From NCBI GenBank assembly GCA_937997415.1, contig CALKVL010000017.1:44504-108503 (forward strand): 64,000 nucleotides of DNA, in the 5' to 3' direction. This stretch comes from an uncultured Phycisphaerales bacterium (GTDB lineage Bacteria; Planctomycetota; Phycisphaerae; Phycisphaerales; UBA1924). The position numbers and the translations under genes are program-made. Every line of letters begins with the position of its first letter. Position 1 is the stretch's first letter. Shown one piece after another: positions 7,805 to 15,691 of the stretch. The notes below the pieces were generated by a model that worked only from the letters and a program-made list of their open reading frames with translations, had not been told where the DNA came from and did no database searches.

Positions 7805-9361
7805 ATGGCTCGTATTAACACGAACATCCCCAGCCTCATCGCGCAGAAGACCCTTGGCCGTACCCAAACGGAACTGGGCCTGCGACTCGAGCGTCTCTCG
7901 ACCGGACTCAAGATCAACCGCGGAAAGGACGACCCCGCGGGCCTGATCGTCTCGGAGCGCATCCGCTCCAACATCCGCGGCGTCGAAACCGGCGTTCGCA
8001 ACAGCGAACGGGCCAGCGCCGTCATCGCCACCACCGAGGGCGCCCTCGCGGAGGTGAACGATCTGCTGAACTCGATCCGCAGCCTGATCGTCGAGGCCGC
8101 GAACACCGGCGCCAACTCAGCCACGGAGCGAGAGGCCAACCAGCTCCAGATCGATTCGGCGATCGAGTCCATCACGCGCATCTCGAACACGGCCTCGTTC
8201 GGCAGCCTGAAACTCCTCAACGGCAGCCTTGACTACACCCTCTCGGGAGTGCGGAGCAGCGCCATCACGCTGGCCCAGGTGCACAACGCCAACTTCGTGA
8301 ACGGCGCGGCCCTGCAGGTGCAGGTGGATGTCGTCGCCTCGGCGCAGGTCGGGGCGCTGTACTACAACGGCAATACCACACCCGCCGGTGTGACTCTGAG
8401 CGCGATGACGCTGGAGATCGCTGGGCCCAAGGGTGTGCAGGTTATCACCATCGCTTCGGGTCAACCCTTGTCGCGCGTGGTCGCCGCCGTGAACAATCTC
8501 ACGAGTCTGACCGGCGTGGAGGCGAACCTGATCAACGGGTCCGCCGCCAGCGGCATGGTCTTCAACTCTTCGGATTACGGTTCCGACGCCTTCGTCAGCG
8601 TGAAGCGGCTGGGCGGGCCGGGGCAGCCGGGGGACTCCTTCGATCTTTTCAAGTTCACGTCCGGGGCGCCGGTGGTCAGCGATACCCCCTTCGGGTGGTC
8701 TTCGCTGCTCGGCGCCGGCACTCTTATTGCCGGAGATCGCGACAACGGCGCGGACGTGCAGGCGCTGGTGAACGGCAACCTGGCCACCGGACGCGGGCTG
8801 GCCATCTCGGTCAACTCCCCCTCGCTGGGGTTGGAACTCACGCTCACCAGCGCCGCCGCGACACGGCCCAGCGCTACACCGACCACCTTTGACATCACCG
8901 GGGGCGGCGCGCTCTTTCAACTCGGACCGGATGTCACCCCATCCCAGCAGTCCGCGGCGGGGATCCCGTCCATGGCTGCGTCCCGTCTCGGGGCGAGTTT
9001 GGTGGGTGGGGCGGTGCAGTACCTGTCGAGCCTCAAGACCGGTCAAACCAACAGCATCGCCGAGAATGTCCGGCGTGGAAACTTCACGGATGCGAGCAAC
9101 ATTCTCGGCAAGGCCATCGACCAGGTCACGGTGCTCAGGGGACGGCTCGGTGCCTTCGAGCGGAATGTGCTGGAGACCAACCAGCGAAGTCTCCAGACGC
9201 AGTTCGAGAATCTCTCCGCGAGCGACTCGTCGATCCGCGACTCGGACTTTGCCTTCGAGACGAGCCGGTTGACACGGGCGCAGATTCTGGCCAGTTCGGG
9301 GACCAGCGTTCTGAGCCTGGCGAACCAGCAGAGTCAGCAGGTGCTGCAACTCCTCGGCTAA
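7805..9361 (+). CDS. fliC: Flagellin (copy 1, 518 aa)
   Basis: MARINTNIPSLIAQKTLGRTQ...LSTGLKINRGKDDPAGL at the N-terminus. ...IRDSDFAFETSRLTRAQILASSGTSVLSLANQQSQQVLQLLG at the C-terminus. The central region carries a flagellin-IN-like motif (LSRVVAAVNNLTSLTGVEANL). Confidence 0.95.
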   Translation: MARINTNIPSLIAQKTLGRTQTELGLRLERLSTGLKINRGKDDPAGLIVSERIRSNIRGVETGVRNSERASAVIATTEGALAEVNDLLNSIRSLIVEAANTGANSATEREANQLQIDSAIESITRISNTASFGSLKLLNGSLDYTLSGVRSSAITLAQVHNANFVNGAALQVQVDVVASAQVGALYYNGNTTPAGVTLSAMTLEIAGPKGVQVITIASGQPLSRVVAAVNNLTSLTGVEANLINGSAASGMVFNSSDYGSDAFVSVKRLGGPGQPGDSFDLFKFTSGAPVVSDTPFGWSSLLGAGTLIAGDRDNGADVQALVNGNLATGRGLAISVNSPSLGLELTLTSAAATRPSATPTTFDITGGGALFQLGPDVTPSQQSAAGIPSMAASRLGASLVGGAVQYLSSLKTGQTNSIAENVRRGNFTDASNILGKAIDQVTVLRGRLGAFERNVLETNQRSLQTQFENLSASDSSIRDSDFAFETSRLTRAQILASSGTSVLSLANQQSQQVLQLLG

Positions 9362-9390
9362 ACCACTCTCATCCGAGACATCAGACACAC

Positions 9391-9422
9391 AAGGCCCTGC
9401 CGCTCGAAGGCAGGGCCTTTTC
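9391..9422 (+). terminator. Rho-independent terminator after flagellin 1
   Basis: AAGGCCCTGCC (9391-9401), 7-nt loop, GGCAGGGCCTT (9409-9419), followed by a T run. Confidence 0.7.
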
Positions 9423-9497
9423 ATGTTCCCGGGCCATGATCCCCCCATCTCGGCGTGCGCGAAGGTCACAATCACTCCAACCACTTTCATCCTTTGC

Positions 9498-9526
9498 TGA
9501 AGTCGGTCTGTTGTGATTCCGATGTT
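9498..9526 (+). promoter_or_regulatory. Possible sigma28 (FliA)-type promoter for flagellin 2
   Basis: TGAAGT (9498-9503), 15 nt, CCGATGTT (9519-9526), compared with the consensus TAAA-N15-GCCGATAA. The match is partial only. Confidence 0.3.
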
Positions 9527-9714
9527 CCCGGTGCCCGCACGTCCGCCTCACACGGACGCATCGGGCTGGTGGCCGGAACGGATTCCGGCGGCCATAAGCC
9601 CCGGGCCGCGTCGGAACGGGCATGACATCCAGGCCGACGGCGCTCTGGCCCATCTCCCGGGCCGGACGGAGCGCACGGGCAATCGTTTCCCACCATCCTC
9701 ACGGAGGGTCTTTC

Positions 9715-11262
9715 ATGGGTCGCATCAACACGAACGTTCAGTCTCTGATCTCCCAGCGCGTCCTTACACAGAACAACGCGGCGCTCTCGACCTCGCTCGA
9801 GCGGCTGTCCACGGGCATCAAGATCAACCGCGGCAAGGATGACCCCGCGGGCCTGATCGCCAGCGAGAACCTCCGCGGCGAGCAGAAGTCCCTCGCACAG
9901 GCCATTTCCAACTCCGATCGTGCGGATCAGGTCGTGAACATCGCCGAGGGCGGTCTTCAGGAAATCTCGGGCCTCTTGACCGAACTCCAGGGCCTGATCA
10001 CCAACACCGCCAGCCGCGCCGGCCTGTCGGTCGAGGAGAAGAACGCCAACCAGTTGCAGATCGACTCGATCCTCCAGACCATCGACCGCGTATCGAGCGC
10101 GACCAACTTCCAGGGGATCAAACTCCTCAACGGCAACTTTGACTTCAAGACTTCGGGCGTGCAGTCCGGCGTCTCCGACTTCCGCGTGAATGCCGCCAAG
10201 TTCTCCGGCTCGTCGCTCGCGGTTGATATCCAGGTGACGACGTCGGCCCAGCAGGGCGGGCTCTTCCTCTCCCTGGGCGGCACCAGCATCGACATCAACA
10301 CCGGGTCTTCGTTCGTGATCGAGATCAGCGGCAGCAAGGGAAGCCGCGAACTCTCCTTCGCCTCGGGCACCACGCTCGCCAAGATCCGTGACGCGATCAA
10401 CACCTTCACGGACGTGACCGGCGTTTCGGCGTCGCTCTCGTCGAGCGCGACGCGCCTCGCGCTCGCCTCCAGCGACTTTGGCTCGAGCGAGTTTGTGTCC
10501 GTCAAGGTGATCAATGCCGCGGGTATCAACTCCACCGCGAACGGTGACGCGAGCACCCCGGTGCGCGGCGTCTACAACCGCCAGGCCGCGGCCTTCAACA
10601 CCGCGAACACCACACTGAACAGTTCCTTCACGGCCGCCACGAACGGGGTGACCGATTACGGCCAGAACGTGGCGGCAACGATCAACGGCATCGCGGCGAC
10701 CGCCTCGGGCAAGACCGTCCGCATCAACACGGACTTCCTTGATGTCGAGGTTACGCTCTCGACGTCCGAATCCCAGGGTCTTGGCAACGTCGGCTCGGGC
10801 AGCAGCCCCGCGTTCTTCGTCACCGGCGGCGGCGCCGATTTCCAGCTCGCGGGCCGCGTGGATATCGCCGGAAAGGTCTCCATGGGTATCCGCGATGTGG
10901 CCGTCCGCAAGTTGGGCAACAGCACCATCGGCACCCTGGACCGTCTTGCCAGCGGTAAGTCGAATAACGTTGTCAACGGCGATGTCAGCGGAGCGCAGAA
11001 GATCGTCGCCGAAGCGATCCAGCAGGTCTCGGGCCTTCGCGGCCGGCTGGGCGCGTTCCAGAAGAACACCGTGGGGGCGACCATCCGCAGCCTGAACGTG
11101 GCGCTCGAGAACACCGCGGCGGCGCAGAGCGTGATCCGTGACTCGGACTTCGCGACCGAGACGGCGCAACTCACCCGCTCGCAGATCCTGGTCTCGGCTT
11201 CGACCAACATCCTGCAGTTGGCGAACCAAAGCCCGCAGTCCGCCCTGCAGTTGCTCGGCTAA
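9715..11262 (+). CDS. fliC: Flagellin (copy 2, 515 aa)
   Basis: The internal ATG of ORF 9622..11262 is preceded by ACGGAGG. MGRINTNVQSLISQRVL...LSTGIKINRGKDDPAGL at the N-terminus. ...IRDSDFATETAQLTRSQILVSASTNILQLANQSPQSALQLLG at the C-terminus. Confidence 0.95.
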   Translation: MGRINTNVQSLISQRVLTQNNAALSTSLERLSTGIKINRGKDDPAGLIASENLRGEQKSLAQAISNSDRADQVVNIAEGGLQEISGLLTELQGLITNTASRAGLSVEEKNANQLQIDSILQTIDRVSSATNFQGIKLLNGNFDFKTSGVQSGVSDFRVNAAKFSGSSLAVDIQVTTSAQQGGLFLSLGGTSIDINTGSSFVIEISGSKGSRELSFASGTTLAKIRDAINTFTDVTGVSASLSSSATRLALASSDFGSSEFVSVKVINAAGINSTANGDASTPVRGVYNRQAAAFNTANTTLNSSFTAATNGVTDYGQNVAATINGIAATASGKTVRINTDFLDVEVTLSTSESQGLGNVGSGSSPAFFVTGGGADFQLAGRVDIAGKVSMGIRDVAVRKLGNSTIGTLDRLASGKSNNVVNGDVSGAQKIVAEAIQQVSGLRGRLGAFQKNTVGATIRSLNVALENTAAAQSVIRDSDFATETAQLTRSQILVSASTNILQLANQSPQSALQLLG

Positions 11263-11286
11263 ACCCGATCGGACTTGAACTCGTGA

Positions 11287-11318
11287 GGCCCCGGCTCAGC
11301 GTTGAGTCGGGGCCTTTT
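11287..11318. terminator. Hairpin terminator between the convergent flagellin 2 and kdsA genes
   Basis: GGCCCCGGCTCA (11287-11298), 4-nt loop, TGAGTCGGGGCC (11303-11314; one G-T pair), then TTTT. The left arm overlaps the kdsA stop codon. Confidence 0.55.
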
Positions 11319-12198
11319 CGCTGCGCGATGCGGGGCCGCGTGGGAGCGACCGAAGCGCGTTCCAGATGGCCGCGGCATCAGCGATGACACGGGACGCCGC
11401 ATCAAGCGTCAGCATGGTGCTCGCATCGCTCTGGGCTTTCGTCGGCTCCGGGTGACACTCCAGAAAGAGAGCGTGAACACCGGCCGCCGTCGCGGCCCGG
11501 GCCAGCAAGGGAGCCCGCTCGGGTCTGCCCCCGGTCTGTTCACCCGCGCCGGGCAACTGTGTTGAGTGGGTGCAATCGAAGCAGACGGGCGGCGGACCGC
11601 CCTCGCACTCGAGTTCCATGAGATCCCCAAGCCCGAGAAAGTCGTTGACCAGTCTGCCGTACCCGAAGAAGGTGCCCCGCTCGGTAAGCATGACGTTCGA
11701 GCATCCCGCTTCCGCGAGTTTCCTCACTGCGCCCCGCATCTCCGCGGGGGAAAGAAACTGGCCTTTCTTGACATTGACGGCGCGGCCGCGGCTTGAGGCG
11801 GCATGGCCTGCGGTGCTGAGCAGGTCGGTCTGGCGGCAGAGAAAGGCCGGGATCTGCAGCAGGTCCACGGCCTCCGCGGCGTGATCGGCCTGGGAAGGCT
11901 CGTGGATGTCGGTGGTGGCGGGCACACCCAGCTCGGCACGAATATCGGAGAGCCACCGCAGCCCGACCTTCGCCCCAGGCCCGCGTGACGAGCGGATGCT
12001 TGAGCGGTTCGCCTTGTCGAAGGAAGCCTTGAAGATGTACGGCAACCCGTGCGAGACACACTCCCGCTGGAGGTGCCGGCCGATCGTCAGCCCGAGTTCC
12101 TTCGTCTCCAGGAGGCACGGCCCCGCGATGATCACGGGCGGAGCATCCGCGCCGATCCGTACGCCGCCGACCGTGCACGCGCGTGTTGCTTCGCTCAT
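11296..12198 (-). CDS. kdsA: 3-deoxy-8-phosphooctulonate (KDO8P) synthase
   Basis: VIIAGPCLLE, IFKASFDKANRSS, LLQIPAFLCRQTDLL, NVKKGQFLSP and FDCTHS are family-typical motifs. Confidence 0.9.
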   Translation of the reverse strand: MSEATRACTVGGVRIGADAPPVIIAGPCLLETKELGLTIGRHLQRECVSHGLPYIFKASFDKANRSSIRSSRGPGAKVGLRWLSDIRAELGVPATTDIHEPSQADHAAEAVDLLQIPAFLCRQTDLLSTAGHAASSRGRAVNVKKGQFLSPAEMRGAVRKLAEAGCSNVMLTERGTFFGYGRLVNDFLGLGDLMELECEGGPPPVCFDCTHSTQLPGAGEQTGGRPERAPLLARAATAAGVHALFLECHPEPTKAQSDASTMLTLDAASRVIADAAAIWNALRSLPRGPASRSEKAPTQR

Positions 12199-12210
12199 GC
12201 ACGGAGGGTA

Positions 12211-12861
12211 TCAGCCGGCATCCACGGGTGGTGTGGCCTTGAGTTTCGATACCCGCAGGCGATCTCGGAGCGAACTCGCGCATTGCCCGGCACTCAACAA
12301 GGCGGACTTCGCGGCACGCGAGGAAATGTCCCGTGCCTTAGCCGCGGCGAGTCGTGCCGCGCTCCACGCGGGCGATGTCCTGTTCCATCGATGACACTGA
12401 ACAGCGCTCTTCACTCCTCGGGTCAAACGGGCGAATCCGCGCTTTGGCAAACTGGCGATAGCCGCGCGACGGCGAGCCACCGTGCGAACAGCGAAGATGC
12501 TGCCGACCATGGTGAGGCACGTCGCCCAGGCCCAGGCACCCCAGGCTCCCGCAGCGCTTACCCAAGCCACTTCCGCCGCGCCGTTCGCGGCGATACCCGC
12601 AAGAACCGAGGTGCCGAGTGTGCCGATGAACCCAGCACGCAGCAACCCGACAGGAGGGGCCAGGCTCGTCTCAGGGGCTCGGCTGTCAATAATTTCAAAC
12701 GCCGCCGCGGGTGTATCAGTTCGGACGGATCCCGGGCATGCCGCCGCGGCGGGAGGCCGTGAAGAGTCACCGAAAGCCCACCAGAGCACCCCGTAGAACT
12801 TCCAGAGCACCCAGAGGGGAGAGAAGACGACTTTGCTCATCAGGGACAGCACTTCGAGCAT
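12211..12861 (-). CDS. Hypothetical membrane protein
   Basis: ATG at 12861 is preceded by GGAGG (5-nt spacer). Hydrophobic segments: VVFSPLWVLWKFYGVLWWAF and LAGIAANGAAEVAWVSAAGAWGAWAWATCLTMVGSIFAV. The track ORF 12211..13173 runs upstream into the neighbouring gene in another frame. Confidence 0.45.
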   Translation of the reverse strand: MLEVLSLMSKVVFSPLWVLWKFYGVLWWAFGDSSRPPAAAACPGSVRTDTPAAAFEIIDSRAPETSLAPPVGLLRAGFIGTLGTSVLAGIAANGAAEVAWVSAAGAWGAWAWATCLTMVGSIFAVRTVARRRAAIASLPKRGFARLTRGVKSAVQCHRWNRTSPAWSAARLAAAKARDISSRAAKSALLSAGQCASSLRDRLRVSKLKATPPVDAG

Positions 12862-12907
12862 GAGGGGCCTCCGAAACTGATTCGTTCGGAATCCGCCCGT
12901 CCCGGTT

Positions 12908-14215
12908 TCACGGCTTCGATTCGGGCTTGTCGGGGGCGCAGGCTTGAACAATGTCGAGCGTGGCCTCTTCGATAGCCGGCTTTTCGGTCGGGCTGATGCC
13001 CGCCCACTGCATACCGGCGCCGCGCAGCAGTACGACCGACCTGGGTTTCTCACCGGTGCAAGCGACAAGCACCTTGAAATCTTTTTCAACCGTGAGTGCC
13101 GCCCCTTCATCCAGATAAAACGCCTGAGCGCCGGGCACGCTGGAGACCCACATCTGTCCCGCGTGCATGGCATCGCTCACGGCTTTCCCAGTCCAGACGC
13201 GGCTGATGATGCAGACGTTCGACTGATAGCGGATGGGATCGCCGGCGCTGCCGCCGTCGATGCGCATCGGAGTTGCTTCGCCGAACGCGCGCGGCCACTG
13301 CTCCGAAAGTACGTGCTTCACAAACTCCGGTCTTTTCAAGACCGTCTTGGAGTTCAGGTCCACGACGTATCCGGCGGGCCACTGTGAATACGCCAGACCA
13401 ACGACACTCGGGGGAGAGCCGGGCTCCAACTCCGCGACGGTTGAATCCGTGATCCTGAGCATGGTCACCGTTCCTTCGCCGCGGATTTCGGCCATGCCGT
13501 TGGGATCGACACACACCGCGGTTCTGGGATCAACACCGAGGCCGACGATCTCGCGTTTGAGGTCGAGTGCGCACGCCGCGAGCATCGCGGCCAGGCGGGG
13601 TAAACGCCCTCGCTCCGTGAAATGCGTGTCGTACAGGATACCCGGCGAAAAGCCGAGGAAGTCGGCGGTCAGTGTCAGGTCAGGGTGGCGTGCATCGTGC
13701 AGGATGTCGTTGGGCGAGAGTCCGCCGTGCCGGGCGTCGTAGGTGATCTCGCCCAAAACAGCACACCCGGCGCTCGTTCCCGCGATGACCCCGCCCTTCT
13801 CATAAACAGACTTGATCGCCTTCTGCGTTTTCGTGCCTGTCCACCAGTTGACGTAGCGGCTCTGGTCTCCGCCCCGGATAAAGACGATGCTGGCGTTACG
13901 GATCGTCTCTTCGACATCGGGTGAATCGGCATTCTCCTGAGTAACGACCAGGCTCGTCACGGAGGAAGCGCCGAGGCGGGTGAAGAGGGCGGGCCGTTCG
14001 TCGTTCTCGATCGGGACGGCACCGATGATGACAACCCCGCCTTTCGCTCCTTTCTCGACCATCCAGCCGAAGACCTCCTCGGCCCAGTTTCCCTTTCCGG
14101 GGTTGCCGCCACCTTCAGCGCAGATGTAGCCCTGCCCCGAAGCGTTCATCGTCAGGGCGCAAGCCGCAAGGAGAACAAACCCGGCTACATGTCGATACGC
14201 GGTGTGAGCCAGCAT
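12908..14215 (-). CDS. Exported cyanophycinase-like peptidase (family S51) with C-terminal extension
   Basis: Start re-picked at MLAHTAYRHVAGFVLLAACALTMNASGQ (signal peptide). IFIRGGDQSRY, the GVIAGTSAGCAVLG nucleophile elbow and YDTHFTERGRLPRL are typical of the cyanophycinase/S51 fold. Confidence 0.8.
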   Translation of the reverse strand: MLAHTAYRHVAGFVLLAACALTMNASGQGYICAEGGGNPGKGNWAEEVFGWMVEKGAKGGVVIIGAVPIENDERPALFTRLGASSVTSLVVTQENADSPDVEETIRNASIVFIRGGDQSRYVNWWTGTKTQKAIKSVYEKGGVIAGTSAGCAVLGEITYDARHGGLSPNDILHDARHPDLTLTADFLGFSPGILYDTHFTERGRLPRLAAMLAACALDLKREIVGLGVDPRTAVCVDPNGMAEIRGEGTVTMLRITDSTVAELEPGSPPSVVGLAYSQWPAGYVVDLNSKTVLKRPEFVKHVLSEQWPRAFGEATPMRIDGGSAGDPIRYQSNVCIISRVWTGKAVSDAMHAGQMWVSSVPGAQAFYLDEGAALTVEKDFKVLVACTGEKPRSVVLLRGAGMQWAGISPTEKPAIEEATLDIVQACAPDKPESKP

Positions 14216-14250
14216 GCCAGAGTTTACCTTGTCTTCGAAGGTGGTGTGGG

Positions 14251-14511
14251 TTATTTGCCGGGCACTTCGAGAGCGCCGTGGTGAGGCACGGGAGGAGGAG
14301 TTGGGGAGCTCGTCTCTTGCTCGGCTGGGGACGTGCGGTCGGCCTCGGCTGAGAGCTCCGCCGCTCTCTTGGCCGCCGCGGCGTCGTTCCCTCCACTTTC
14401 GCCGGCGAGGAAAGCCGCGCCTCGCCACGCCGCGATGGCGATGGCCACCATTGCGATGAGGGCGAGGACGTATGTCTTGGCCTTTGATGGGGCCTGCGAT
14501 GTCGAGGTCAC
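14251..14511 (-). CDS. Small single-TM protein (86 aa), GTG start overlapping the pseudopilin stop
   Basis: The GTG (14511-14509) overlaps the TGA of the upstream gene (GTGA). TM segment: TYVLALIAMVAIAIAAWRGAAFL. The third codon position is mostly G/C. The rest of track ORF 14251..14979 overlaps the pseudopilin gene out of frame. Confidence 0.35.
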   Translation of the reverse strand: MTSTSQAPSKAKTYVLALIAMVAIAIAAWRGAAFLAGESGGNDAAAAKRAAELSAEADRTSPAEQETSSPTPPPVPHHGALEVPGK

Positions 14512-15479
14512 TTGATGTCTCTCCCGCGCAGGCCGTTGCGGGTCGCCCAGAAGTAGGCAGGCTCGTTGTACGTCCAACGAAATCCCTGGGCCAGACCGTA
14601 TTGGATGTACGCCGAGCCCATCTCGGACTCGGTGGGGTTCCACCGTCCTGCGGGGAAGCGGATCATCCCCGGGGTGGTGCCCGTCGGAGTGTCTGTTTCG
14701 AGGATGATGTCGGACATGTGGACGGTGCGGGCGCTGCCGTCGGTCAAGGCGACCTGCGGCTTGGCACCCGCGGTGTTCCACATCGGCTTGGTCTTGCTTG
14801 TGAAATCCTTGTTCTCGAAGAGGAGCACCTTGCCGGACGGGGTGATGACATCGGTGGTGCGGTTGCGCCGGAAGAAGAAGCCGTTGGAAGCCTGACCCGT
14901 CGGCCGCGTGGAGTTGGCGAAGCGTGCCGGATCCTGCCAGAAGGTTGGCGGGTACCAGTATGAGGTGGGGAAGATCCATTCGTAGTCCGATTGCGCGTTC
15001 TGGTTGATGTTACCCCGCAGCCATCGCTGGAGATCGGAGTCATCGGGAGCGATGTTGGACTTGAGACGGGAGGCGATGTCGTGTTCGTGGAACTGCGTGT
15101 GGGCGAGCCAGTGATACCCGTAACTCTCGCTGGCGCTGATGCTGTACGGGTCGCCGTAGCACCAGCCGTAGGAGCCGAAGGGCCGCCCGTTGGGCGGGTG
15201 TTGTGCCCAGACCCACGGCACCGACAGGGCACCCCGCCCGGCCACGAAGGGATTGACCCAGCAATCCTGATGATCGCCGCTGTAGGCGTGATTGAACTGG
15301 GCGTTGCTTCGAAGGTTGGCCATGCTCAGCACACGCCGCGCGCTCCCGCGGGCCGATCCAAGCGATGGCAGGAGCAGACCGATCAGCAGCGCGATGACGG
15401 CGATGACAACAAGTATTTCGATGAGCGTAAAGCCGTGTCCGCTGATGCGAACTCGGCGATCGAACAGCATCCGAGACAT
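14508..15479 (-). CDS. Prepilin-type N-terminal cleavage/methylation domain protein (type II pseudopilin-like, planctomycete DUF1559-like)
   Basis: ATG at 15479 follows GGGAGGG. GFTLIEILVVIAVIALLIGLLLPSL is the class III signal/N-methylation motif. The C-terminal part is rich in W/Y/N, as in the planctomycete family. Confidence 0.85.
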   Translation of the reverse strand: MSRMLFDRRVRISGHGFTLIEILVVIAVIALLIGLLLPSLGSARGSARRVLSMANLRSNAQFNHAYSGDHQDCWVNPFVAGRGALSVPWVWAQHPPNGRPFGSYGWCYGDPYSISASESYGYHWLAHTQFHEHDIASRLKSNIAPDDSDLQRWLRGNINQNAQSDYEWIFPTSYWYPPTFWQDPARFANSTRPTGQASNGFFFRRNRTTDVITPSGKVLLFENKDFTSKTKPMWNTAGAKPQVALTDGSARTVHMSDIILETDTPTGTTPGMIRFPAGRWNPTESEMGSAYIQYGLAQGFRWTYNEPAYFWATRNGLRGRDIK

Positions 15480-15691
15480 CTGACCCTCCCATGCGAATGC
15501 GGGACGGCGACCGAGAGACAGATAAGCATAGCAAGGTGACAGGAAAGTCGGATTGATCCTTCTCGCCCGATTTCGGAACCAGATCCCCCGAAACGGCAGG
15601 ACGCGTTCCAAACGAACTTGCCTCGGCATGCTGCAATAGCAGAGCATAAAGAGCGTTGAACCAGAGGGTGTTTCGTCAAGGAGAATCGTAC

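Noticed and set aside
8117-11229. Very long minus-strand ORFs (8117..9490, 457 aa; 9487..11229, 580 aa) opposite the two flagellin genes
   Set aside because: The plus-strand frames encode unmistakable flagellins. The antisense products are Arg/Gly/Ala/Pro-rich with no motifs, which is typical of stop-poor antisense frames in GC-rich DNA.
12862-13173. Upstream 104 codons of track ORF 12211..13173
   Set aside because: This region overlaps the 3' end of the S51 peptidase gene in another frame. A GGAGG-preceded ATG at 12861 gives a self-contained membrane protein.
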